A stretch of 44,526 nucleotides of DNA from Coleofasciculus sp. B1-GNL1-01 (GTDB taxonomy: Bacteria; Cyanobacteriota; Cyanobacteriia; Cyanobacteriales; Coleofasciculaceae): assembly GCA_040220235.1 (NCBI GenBank), contig JAVJTO010000097.1; one strand, 5' to 3'. A program made the translations under genes and the position numbers. Positions 8,689 to 19,500 of this stretch are shown piece after piece. Below the pieces are notes generated by a model that did no database searches, was not told the origin of the DNA, and was given only the letters and a program-made list of their open reading frames with translations. Within the stretch, counting starts at the first letter, position 1. Every line of letters starts with the position of its first letter.

Positions 8689-9610
8689 GAGGCAGTATAA
8701 TCTTGTTCTCACCAATCCAGGCTTCTTTTTGACCCACCGCAAACTGTTTAGCCGCCCTCGCCTTACTGCCAAATACATCTTTTAAATGACCAGGAAGGGC
8801 TTTGATTACATGACTTAATTCCCCATTCAGCCAATCCATCTCCGGTTCAATCCAAACCTGCCCAGTTAACTCAATCGAGTCCCAACCTTTAGGAACCTTA
8901 AAAATAATCCCAAACTTTACCGTCGCCTGATCCTGAAGTTTCGGCTTCTCAATCCGCCAGTAACATTCCGAATTATCATCCCCTTGGGCAATAATATCAA
9001 ACTTCCCCAGTTGATAAGTCAACCCATCCAAAACCGTAAATAATTTCAGATTATCTTTACTCTCCACATTCGCTTTCAGCCGATTATAATCGGGAAGGCG
9101 TTCAACCTTAGCAAGTTCAGCCGCATTCACCCCAGCGCTGACATCCAGATTAGCATCTAAACCCAGATTCATCTCCACGCCAATATTGAGAATCGGCTGC
9201 CATTTTGCCCCAGGAATAATCCGATGCACAATCGGCGCTTGATTTCCTTGAGAACCAAAGCTAAGATGACATTCCAACCCAGAAATCTCCACACTAGGTT
9301 GGGGGCGAGGGTCAACGCTAATAACCATTGAATAGAAGTCAAACTGATGCATTAATTGCCGAACTTCGTAATCTAATTCAATCCCTTGGGCTGCAAACCC
9401 CTGTGCAGTCAGTGGGATTAAGCGACTGCGCGGATCACCAAAGGTTACACGGGTTTCTTTAAGGCGTTGAATCGCGGTTTTGCCTCGCGCCCCATCTTGC
9501 GCCTCTCCTCCGGCTAAGTTCGCCTCTTTTGAACTTACCTCCTCAAGTAAATCATTGAATAGTTGTTCCGCTTCCTCAAGATTCGGTGGTGTTAGGTTTC
9601 GATTCATCAT
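8681..9610 (-). CDS. Hypothetical protein, first gene of the ternary-system operon
   Basis: 309-aa ORF overlapping the CHAT start by 8 nt. No family recognised. Confidence 0.75.
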   Translation of the reverse strand: MMNRNLTPPNLEEAEQLFNDLLEEVSSKEANLAGGEAQDGARGKTAIQRLKETRVTFGDPRSRLIPLTAQGFAAQGIELDYEVRQLMHQFDFYSMVISVDPRPQPSVEISGLECHLSFGSQGNQAPIVHRIIPGAKWQPILNIGVEMNLGLDANLDVSAGVNAAELAKVERLPDYNRLKANVESKDNLKLFTVLDGLTYQLGKFDIIAQGDDNSECYWRIEKPKLQDQATVKFGIIFKVPKGWDSIELTGQVWIEPEMDWLNGELSHVIKALPGHLKDVFGSKARAAKQFAVGQKEAWIGENKIILPHG

Positions 9611-9619
9611 CAGTACTTC

Positions 9620-9850
9620 CTAAGAAACAACAGGTAACCCCGCTAACGCCATAGCAATTTCTGCTTCACTATACTCGCTATCCTGCAATCGTCCCGCGTG
9701 ATAATCAATATAGGATTGCATATCAAAATGACCATGACCACATAAATTAAATAAAATCGTGCGACTAATCCCTTCTTCCTTACAACGTAAGGCTTCATCA
9801 ATTGCCCCTTTAACCGCGTGATTGGCTTCCGGTGCAGGTAAAATCCCCTC
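9620..9850 (-). pseudogene. trpB2: 3' remnant of a TrpB2-type (TrpB-like PLP-dependent) enzyme gene
   Basis: Manual translation gives EGILPAPEANHAVKGAIDEALRCKEEGISRTILFNLCGHGHFDMQSYIDYHAGRLQDSEYSEAEIAMALAGLPVVS*. An in-frame TAA lies immediately upstream and there is no start. Confidence 0.85.
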
Positions 9851-9972
9851 TTAGTACCGCTATATCTGCTCGTTTCTAGCCATTCAAGGCAGGTAGAACT
9901 GGGGAAGGAGATTGATACGAGTGTCTCGGCTTCCCCATATCCCAGACGTGCGATTACACGTCTCACCCTGAA

Positions 9973-11655
9973 TTATTCGCCTCCAAATTGTTGGCGCAAT
10001 TCGGCTATTTCTGTATCCTCTAACTTGCGAAATAGAGGAGGCGGAACATCAAAAGAACGACCCGCTGCCAAGGCATTAAAATCCACCGCCTGAGTTAACC
10101 TTTGCTTTCTCTCTGTGTCTGATAACTGCAACGCATCGAAGATTTTCTCCGCCGTAAACGGAATAAATGGACTCGACGCGATCGCATACAACCGAATCAG
10201 ATTAATACAGGTGCGAATCACCAACGCCGCTTCTTCTTTATTTTGCTTAAACAGCGCCCAGGGTGCGCGTTCGTCGATATACTGATTCCCCACTGTCCAC
10301 AGCGCACATAAGGTTTCGGCGGCTTTGCGAAACTCCAAGTTTTGCAGGCAATTACTCAGTTTCGCTATCAAACTTTCACAACTTTCCTGCAACCGTTGTT
10401 CTGCTTCTCCCGGCGTTCCTCCTTCTGGAATCACTCCTTTAAATCGACTATTGGCAAATTTGAGTATTCGGTTGACAAAGTTACCCAAATTGTCTGCCAA
10501 ATCCTTATTTATCTTAATTTGAAATAACTCCCAGGTAAACGCTGAATCAGCCGATTCCGGTGCCATGGCAATTAACGCATAGCGCCAGTAATCAGCAGGT
10601 ACAATCTCTAAGGCTTGATCCGAAAAGATGCCACGTTTAGAACTGGTGGAGAATTTCCCACCATAATAGGTTAGCCAATTGAAGCCCTTAATATCATCCG
10701 CCATTGTCCAAGGTTCCCGCGTTCCCAGAATCATCGCGGGCCACATAATTGTATGGAAAGGCAAATTATCTTTTGCCATGAATTGAACATGGCGAATATC
10801 TTGGCTATCATACCACCACGGCTTCCAATCATCCGGTTCAGATTGTTGATTTGCCCACCCTTTCGTAGCAGAAATATAGCCAATGGGCGCATCAAACCAG
10901 ACATAAAAGACTTTACCCTCAAATCCCGGACGGGGTACAGGCACACCCCAATTTAAATCACGGGTAATACAACGGTCTTGTAATCCTTCATTTAACCATT
11001 TTAGGGCAATGGATTTAGTCAGAGTTGTCCATTCTTGCTGATTATCCACCCAGGCACGTACTTCGTCACTCAGGGTAGTCAGCTTCAAGAATAAATGTTT
11101 AGTGGTGCGGACTTCTAGATTTGTACTCCCGGAAACCGCCGAACGAGGTTCAATCAAATCCGTGGGATCTAATACTGAGGTACAATTTTCACACTGATCG
11201 CCTCTAGCGCGATCGTATCCGCAATGGGGACAAGTGCCAACAATATATCGGTCGGGTAAGAAACGATTATCTTCATGAGAGTAAACCTGACGAATTTCCC
11301 GTTCCTCCATGAAGCCATTTTCATCGAGGCGTTGATAGAAATACTGGGTTAACTCATGGTGATCTGGCGAGGATGTGCGACCAAAATAGTCGAAAGACAG
11401 TCCAAACCCGCGATAGATTTCGGCTTGCCGTTCGTGTTGTTTTTGACAATAGGTGGCGACATCTAATCCGGCTTCTAATGCGGCTAATTCCGCTGGTGTA
11501 CCATGTTCATCTGTGGCACATATAAACAGAACCGATTCGCCTTCCTGTCGCAGGAAACGGCTATAGACATCAGCCGGAAGCATGGAACCGACTAAATTTC
11601 CCAGGTGTTTAATCCCATTGATATAGGGCAACGCACTTGTAATCAGATACTGCAT
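9973..11655 (-). CDS. metG: Methionyl-tRNA synthetase (MetRS2-like, two zinc knuckles)
   Basis: YLITSALPYING, HLGN (HIGH), TDEHG, CPHC..CENC, YVWFDAPIGY, KFSTS (KMSKS). Start taken at ATG 11655. Confidence 0.95.
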   Translation of the reverse strand: MQYLITSALPYINGIKHLGNLVGSMLPADVYSRFLRQEGESVLFICATDEHGTPAELAALEAGLDVATYCQKQHERQAEIYRGFGLSFDYFGRTSSPDHHELTQYFYQRLDENGFMEEREIRQVYSHEDNRFLPDRYIVGTCPHCGYDRARGDQCENCTSVLDPTDLIEPRSAVSGSTNLEVRTTKHLFLKLTTLSDEVRAWVDNQQEWTTLTKSIALKWLNEGLQDRCITRDLNWGVPVPRPGFEGKVFYVWFDAPIGYISATKGWANQQSEPDDWKPWWYDSQDIRHVQFMAKDNLPFHTIMWPAMILGTREPWTMADDIKGFNWLTYYGGKFSTSSKRGIFSDQALEIVPADYWRYALIAMAPESADSAFTWELFQIKINKDLADNLGNFVNRILKFANSRFKGVIPEGGTPGEAEQRLQESCESLIAKLSNCLQNLEFRKAAETLCALWTVGNQYIDERAPWALFKQNKEEAALVIRTCINLIRLYAIASSPFIPFTAEKIFDALQLSDTERKQRLTQAVDFNALAAGRSFDVPPPLFRKLEDTEIAELRQQFGGE

Positions 11656-11892
11656 AAATTTTACGTAGGATGTGCCAAAGGGTACAGCGTTAGCATCAGC
11701 CAAGAAGTCAAGTTCTTGGCTAAACGCTTAAGTCCATTAAAATGGACTAACCTGTTTCAAGGGTTGTAGTCAGCGATGTGAGCGTTTAGGGCGAAGACAG
11801 CGCCACTACGAACTAGGAGTGATTTAATGTCACGCTCCTTAAGTGAAATGTCGCTAACATGGACGCTAGGAGATAAAATCGAGCTTACTCGG

Positions 11893-12086
11893 TCAGTCAT
11901 TGAACCCGTTTTAATGGGTTTAAGCTTTAAGCCCGTAGACGCATTCGCGAAGCGTTCTCGAAGAGTAGCGGCTTCTCTTCGAGTACTTTAGTTCAGGGCT
12001 GACTGGAGATTAACTCAATCAGTCATTGAACCCGTTTAAACGGGTTTAAGCTTTAAGCCAGAACTTTAGTTCAGGGCTAACTAGAG
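11893..12086. repeat. Two tandem ~68-bp palindromic elements, the first interrupted by a ~48-bp insertion
   Basis: TCAGTCATTGAACCCGTTT.AA.GGGTTTAAGCTTTAAGCC...ACTTTAGTTCAGGGCT.ACT.GAG at about 11893-12009 and 12018-12086. Confidence 0.75.
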
Positions 12087-12115
12087 CGTGCCATTCACCT
12101 TAAGACTATTGTGCG

Positions 12116-12865
12116 TCAAGTTATGCCAGATGTCTTCACAATCCCATCTTCGAGATAGGTTACTCGGTCAGCGACATCCAGGATACGAGGGTCATGAGTC
12201 ACCATCAGTACTGTACACCCTTCCTCCTTTGCCAACCGCCGCAATAATTCAATCACCCGATGTCCACTGGTTGAGTCGAGTGCTGCCGTGGGTTCATCTG
12301 CCATGATAATTTTAGGATGACCGGCTAAGGAACGTGCGATCGCGACTCGTTGCTTCTGTCCCCCCGACAAGTTAGCAGGGCGTTGGTTGGCGTGCATCTC
12401 TAATCCAACGTGTTCGAGCAACTCCTGGGCTTGATATCGCGCCTTCGTCCCGCGAATCCCTTTAATATTCAGCACAACTTCTATATTCTCGGCTGCCGTT
12501 AGCGCCGGAAACAGGTTAAAATGCTGGAAAATAAAGCCAATATTGTTTCGCCGAAAGCGGGCTAGCTTGGCGCTGGACATTTTGGTGATCTCTTCTCCCA
12601 GTAGGTAGACCTTGCCCAATGAAGGGGTCAGTAGTCCCGCCAGAATAGAGAGGAACGTCGTTTTCCCCGAACCTGATGGTCCCATGAGGATTTGAATATT
12701 ACCGCGCTGAATTTGCCAGTCAATCCCTTTGAGAACTTGATAGCGCTGATTGCCGGATTTATATTCCATCGTTACGCTTTCAGCAATGATGGTGTCCCAT
12801 TGCTTCGGTTTGCGATCGCTTGAGCGCCGATCAAGCTGGTTTCGGCTTTTTATAGACACAACCAC
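12116..12865 (-). CDS. ABC transporter ATP-binding protein (DevA/LolD family)
   Basis: GPSGSGKTT, LSGGQKQRVAIARSL, MADEPT, VTHD. Confidence 0.93.
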   Translation of the reverse strand: MVVSIKSRNQLDRRSSDRKPKQWDTIIAESVTMEYKSGNQRYQVLKGIDWQIQRGNIQILMGPSGSGKTTFLSILAGLLTPSLGKVYLLGEEITKMSSAKLARFRRNNIGFIFQHFNLFPALTAAENIEVVLNIKGIRGTKARYQAQELLEHVGLEMHANQRPANLSGGQKQRVAIARSLAGHPKIIMADEPTAALDSTSGHRVIELLRRLAKEEGCTVLMVTHDPRILDVADRVTYLEDGIVKTSGIT

Positions 12866-13506
12866 ATTGATATAAGCGACAGTCCGGGTCTATCTGTAAA
12901 GAAATATAACATAAATAGCCCAAGTTAAACTCTCTTCAGATAAAGAGCCATGATCTGGATGATAGCGAATCCTGACGGATCAAATTCGTTGGCGGGTGAT
13001 ACTTGTGAGACTGTCAGGGTGTGGCTTGAAAAGGGGGATTGATACCCAATCCGCTTTTGAAAGCCCCTTCAGAACGAACTCAATTAACGATTACTATTCA
13101 TTACTAAATATAAAGTTACATCACTGCTTGACTAATTTGAGAATTATTAATCTTTTTCAATTAGACTTGACGAGCGGGTTGAATCTGATTAAAGTCAGTG
13201 ATCATGCCATCAATGTGTATTGTGAGTATTGTGAGTTAGGTTGCCTAGCCAAGGGAATTGCCCCATGCCAGACTGTAGTGAGTGGTGTAACACCCAACGG
13301 GAAGACCTCGTGAGGGCACCATCCTTGCGTCCAGAGAACCCAATCTATTTTTGTGTCATGTCAGTAGGGTGGGATTATTAGCCTAAAAAGAGTGAGTGCG
13401 ATCGCAGCTTGGTAGATGTGTTAGATCCAATATATAGATCTGGAATGCTCAAGCATTATTAAACGTCCCTTTGAAACCCAACCTCTGCTGGGTTAATGAA
13501 TCAGCC

Positions 13507-16500
13507 ATGAACAGAGTACATCTTTTAACCGCCGCTGTTACCGGATTTTGGCTTTGGGTTTTCAGCCTTGGTACCTCCTCTGAAGTCCTAGTTCTGGCGC
13601 AACCGATTACCCCAGCAGCCGATGGTACAGGGACAATAGTCACACCAGATGGAAACCGCATCGACATTTCCGGTGGGAGTCTGTCTGCTGATGGCAAAAA
13701 CCTCTTCCACAGTTTCCAGCAGTTTGGCTTAAATCCCGAAGAAGTCGCCAACTTTTTAGCCAATCCAGATTTAAACAATATCCTCAGTCGCGTCGTGGGT
13801 GGTGACGCTTCTGTGATTAACGGGTTAATTCAGGTAACAGGCGGCAATCCTAACTTATATATAATGAATCCGGCTGGGATTATTTTGGGTCCTTCTTCTC
13901 AACTCAATGTCCCTGGTGACTTTGCCGTCACCACCGCCGACGCTATTGGTTTTGGCGATAACCTTTGGTTTAATGCCATTGGCGAGAATGATTATCAGAA
14001 CTTAGTCGGGACACCCAACCAATTTGCTTTTGATGTACCGGAAGCTGGAAGTATCGTTAATGCAGGGGATTTAGCGGTATCAGAGGGAAAAAATCTAACC
14101 CTACTGGCTGGGAATGTCGTTAACACCGGGAATCTAACCGCACCTGGGGGAAGCATTACCGTTGCAGCCGTTCCCGGTTCCAATTTAGTCAAAATTTCTC
14201 GACCTGGGGGGTTATTGTCTCTGGAAGTTGAACCACCTAGAACTCCAGAGGGGGACTTGTTGCCAGTTCAGCCTGGGGATTTAGCTGAATTATTAACCGG
14301 TTCAGGGGAAGAGGTTGATACAGGAGTCGAGGTTAACGAATCTGGCGATGTACAACTAGCAGATACTGGAGTAACCTTACCACAAGAGACAGGAGTTGCT
14401 ATTGTTTCGGGTGAAATTAATGTTTCTAACGTCGGTACACCCTCGCCCTCATCCTCAACCGGAGGTGAAATTAATGTCATTGGCAATAAAGTTGGTCTAA
14501 TTGCCGCCAATCTAGACGCATCAGGAAGTCATGGTGGGGGTACTGTACGAATTGGCGGCGGTGAAAAAGGACTTGAAGCGATTCCCAATGCTGATGTCAC
14601 TTTGATTAGTGAAGACACAAGGATTAACGCCGATGCTTTAGATGAAGGCAAAGGGGGGCGAATCATTGCTTGGTCAGATCAGACCACTCGTACCTATGGG
14701 GATATTAGCGCTCGGGGTGGGGCAAATTGGGGTAATGGCGGTTTTGTCGAAACCAGTAGTGCTGGCTTTTTAGATGTTCCTTTTGCTCCCGATATCACAG
14801 CACCTGCTGGGGATGGGGGAACCTGGTTAATTGACCCTTACAATATCACGATTAGTGATGGGACTAATACCATTCCCCTTGGTGGCACCGCACCTGATTT
14901 GAATTTTACGGCGGCGGCTAGTGACTCAGTAGTCAATATTGACACCCTCTTGGCTGGCTTAAGTAGCGGTAATGTCACTATATCTACAGGGACAGGAGGT
15001 GACCAAGAGGGAAATATCACTCTAGCTACAGATTTAAATTTTAACGGCAGGGGAAAGAGAACCTTAGTCTTGAATGCGGCAAACAATATCATCATCGATG
15101 GGAAGATATTTGATAGCGCCCCCGATGCGGCTAATTCTGATTTCCTTTCCCCGATTTTGAATGCAGGTGGCACTGTTGAATTGAATCAGAATGTTTCAAC
15201 CGGAATCGGTAACATCGAAATTAATGCTACGGGTGGGATTACGCAAGCTCCTGGCACAACGTTGAATATCGGAGGAGCCACCACGTTAAACGCCGGTGCA
15301 AGTGATATCAACTTGGATAATCCGGGCAATAACTTCTTGTTTGTATCAGTTGACAACGCTAATAATGTCTTTCTCTCTGATGCAGATAATATTGTGCTAA
15401 ACACTTCTACTATTACGGGCAACCTTGATGTAACTGCCCAAGGTAACATAAGCCAAGGAGCAGGGAGTGGACCGCTTCGTGTTGACGGTACAAGTAGCTT
15501 AACGACTAACCAAGCCAATAGCACGATTACCCTGAATAATTTAAATGCAACAGAGGCAATTAGTCTCAACACCAACGGCACGGGTGGTAACGCCACAATT
15601 ACTAATGCTCAAGGAGTAAACCTCAACACCTCAAACGTGGGTGGAAATCTGAATGTCACGGCGACGGCAGGTAACATTAATCAAAGTGGAACCGTCACCG
15701 TTGGCGGTACAAGTAGCTTGAGGACTAACCAAGCCAATAGCACGATTACCCTGAATAGTTTAAATGCAACAGAGGCAATTAGTCTCAACACCAACGGCAC
15801 GGGTGGTAACGCCAGTATCACCAGTAATCAACAGGTGAACCTGGGAACTTCTGATGTTGGCGGCACTCTCAATGTCACCGCTACTGATGTGAATATCAAC
15901 GATACAGTTGCTGCTGGGAATGCCACATTTGTGCCAACTGACTCCACCTCAACGATTGGTATTGGTGATAGTGCTTCTGGCAATTTTAACCTGACTTCTG
16001 CTGATTTAACCAACATAGAATCAAATGGTACAGTCACAATTGGTAGTAATAGTGTTACCGGAGATGTGACTATTAACGCTGTTGACCTTAACAATGAAAC
16101 GTTTAACCTGACAGTGCAAGGTGCTAATCCTGTTTTTGATGGAAATGTTAACCTACCTAATAATCTAAACGTTACGGCGACAACAGGAAACATTACCCAA
16201 AACACTGGCATAAAAGTTGATGGTACAGTGACTCTGCAAACAGGAAATAGCAATGATATTATCCTTAATAATGCCAGCAACCAATTTAATGAAGTCGCTA
16301 TCACCACAGCCAGAAATGTAGAGTTAAATAATGCCGATGATATTCAAATAAAAGCAGCTACAATTTTCGGCAACTTGAACCTAACTAGCAATGCTGCAAT
16401 TAATCAGTCGCCGTCAAGTGGTTCTTTAAGAGTTGATGGTACAGCTACCCTGACAGCAGGAAATAATCAGGATATTAATCTCAACAATACCAACAACGAC

Positions 16501-19500
16501 TTCAATGAAGTAGTTATCAACAACGCACGCGATGTGACGTTGAATGACACCAATGACATTAGTTTCAGTAATTCTAACTCTACGCTACAAAACTTGACTC
16601 TGAGTAGCAGCAATGGAAATATTGTTCTGGGAACTACCATTGTTAATGGAGATCTAAATGTAAATAGTCAAGGAGGTGGGATTAGTCAAAACTCCTCCAC
16701 TGATACACTAACCGTTAACGGCACAGCGACTCTGGCAACAGGAAATAGCAACAATATCACCCTTGACAATACCAATAACGACTTGAGTAATGTTGTTGTT
16801 AATCGGGGTAATAATGTAACTCTCAACGACATCAATACCCTTAATCTAAATTCGGCTTCAGTTTCTGGTGGACTGACAGTTACAGCAGCAAATCTATCGA
16901 CGACTGGAGTAATCAATGCTGGCTCTGTTAACTTAACTGGCAATAACGGGATTACTCTAAATGATACGATTGAAACGTCAGATGTAGATAACAACAACGT
17001 TACCCTAACAGGAACCGTGACTTTAGGGACAAACGCGACTATTAATACGGATAATGCCAATAATGACGGCAATATTACTATCAATCAATCGATTAATGGT
17101 GCCCGTAATCTGACATTGAATGCTGGAAGTGGTGCGATCACTGTAGGTCAAGCAATTGGTGGCACTACAGCCCTAAGCAACTTAAACTTAAATGCAAGGG
17201 ATATTACCTTATCTAATATTGGGGGTATAAGCGAAGGTGTTACCGACACAGCAACGCTCAATGCGACAGAAGCTATTAATTTTACAGGAACAACTTATAA
17301 CGCTCAGAACCAGAACTACACCGCAGGAACAGCATTTAATCTCAACAATACAACTAACTTTACCTCTAACGATGGTGCGATCGCGTTTAACACCGGTACG
17401 ATTCAGGGGACTAATCCAGCTACTGACTTAACTCTGGATGCAGGTACAGGTAGTGTTACAGTAGATGCGATCGGCAATGGCAACGACATCAACAATCTCG
17501 CTATCCAGGGTAATAGCGGAATCACACTCAATGGCGACATCACCACATCTGATGCCGATACTACGATAAACCTCAACAGTCCAGTCACTGTAGGTGAAGA
17601 TATTGTCATTACCAATAAAGAGGGTGAGATTAATTTCAACAGCCCTGTGGATGGGAAAACCGCAAACAGTCAATCGTTAACGGTAGAGGCAGAGAATAGC
17701 ACAGTAGTGTTTAACGGTGCTGTAGGTAATAGCACACCCTTAAAGGATTTGACGGTTAATAATGGGGCATCTGTAACCTTTAATAATCGGGTTACAGTAA
17801 CAAAAGATATTAACCTAACCGCAGATGAAATTGACTTTAATGGCGGATTAAACTCAGTTAGTACCCCGAATCAGGGAACCATTTCCCTGAAACCAACAAC
17901 CGATAATGCGTCGATTGATATAGGCTCACCCGCTAGTGGACAAGGGCTTTTAGATATCAGTGATACAGACTTGGCAGCGATAGCCGACGGCTTTAGCCAG
18001 ATCACAATTGGTAAGGATACTGGTAGTGGCACAATAGTTATGGACTCTGGGGGTGTCAGTTTCCGAGATCCGGTGACGATTCAATCTCCAGTTCAGGGCG
18101 GCATAATTAATGTGGATGGCAATCTAACCGGAACCGATGAGGCTTCCATCACAATTGATGGTGCAGATGTCTATCTAGGAAACCCAAATAATCCTCAAGT
18201 CGAAATCACCACAGATGGACAGAATATTATTATCGGTCAAAATGTACATCTACATTCTGATCTGGTGGAAGTTAAAACGGATGCGGGAGCCGGTGACATT
18301 ACCTTTACGGGTGATGTTGACGGAGAAACGGATGAGAAGCAAAGTCTTACCGTTGCACCGGGTACAGGTAATGTTTCTTTTGAAGGGGAAATCGGTCAGG
18401 ATGTTCCATTGAAACAGTTACGGATTGGTGACAATACCACAATCAATGCGGATATTGTCGGCACTTCGACGACTATTTTTAACAGTTTATTTGTTAATGC
18501 TAAACAGAGCCGAGTCGCGGGTATTATCAAAACCCGAGGGGGTCCGATTGAATTTACCGGTGATGTAATTCTGGTTACGGATACCACATTCGATACATTT
18601 CCAGAAGAATCACCAGGAGCTACAGGAGGTAATGTCATCTTCGGTGCTACTGTATCTAGCTCCACGGAAAATATACCCGATCAATCCTCTACGTCACCGT
18701 TTAACTTGAACATCAACACTGGCTCTGGAACAGTTACGTTTGGTGGTGCTGTCGGCGCTCAAAACTTTGACAATGGATTGCAAACAACAGATTTGGGTTC
18801 GCTGACGATTGAAAGTGCTGGAGAGGTGAAAGCCGTTTTAGACGGTGACGCCAGTTTACCGTTTGCAATTACCACTGTTGCACCAGAAACACTTCCAGAA
18901 GATGCTCCAAAAGGCATTAGTATCTTGGCGGATAGTATAGACTTTAGCAATGCTAACCTTGAGGCAGAAATAGTCAACCTAGAGGCAACCGAGAACATTA
19001 GTACCGCCAGTGTCACCGCCACAGAGGAAAATATTACCCTCAATAGCCAAACAGGTTCCATTGATACAAGTCTTGGCACACTTACCGCCACTCAGGGTGA
19101 TGTCAACCTCACCGCTAACCAGGGTGATATGACGACGGCGGATATTGAAGTAACCGAAGGAGAAGTGAATCTAACCGCCACCCAGGGAAGTGTGACGACA
19201 GCGAATGTAGAAGCGCCAACAGTTAACATTCAAGCGAATAATGATATCAACACGGCTAGTGTCACCGCCACAGAGGAAAATATTACCCTCAATAGCCAAA
19301 CAGGTTCCATTGATACAAGTCTTGGCACACTTACCGCCACTCAGGGTGATGTCAACCTCACCGCTAACCAGGGTGATATGACGACAGGGGATATTGAAGT
19401 AACCGAAGGGGTGGTGGATTTAACCGCTTTAGATGGCAGCGTGACGACAGCGAATGTGGAAGCGCCAACGGTGAACATTCTGGCAAATAATGATATCAAC

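Noticed and set aside
9643..9966. 107-aa ORF in the track
   Set aside because: It is an alternate frame over the trpB2 remnant, whose frame carries the recognisable motifs.
12866..13500. Riboswitch or 105-aa ORF upstream of the haemagglutinin gene
   Set aside because: No convincing consensus or protein motif; likely a divergent promoter region.
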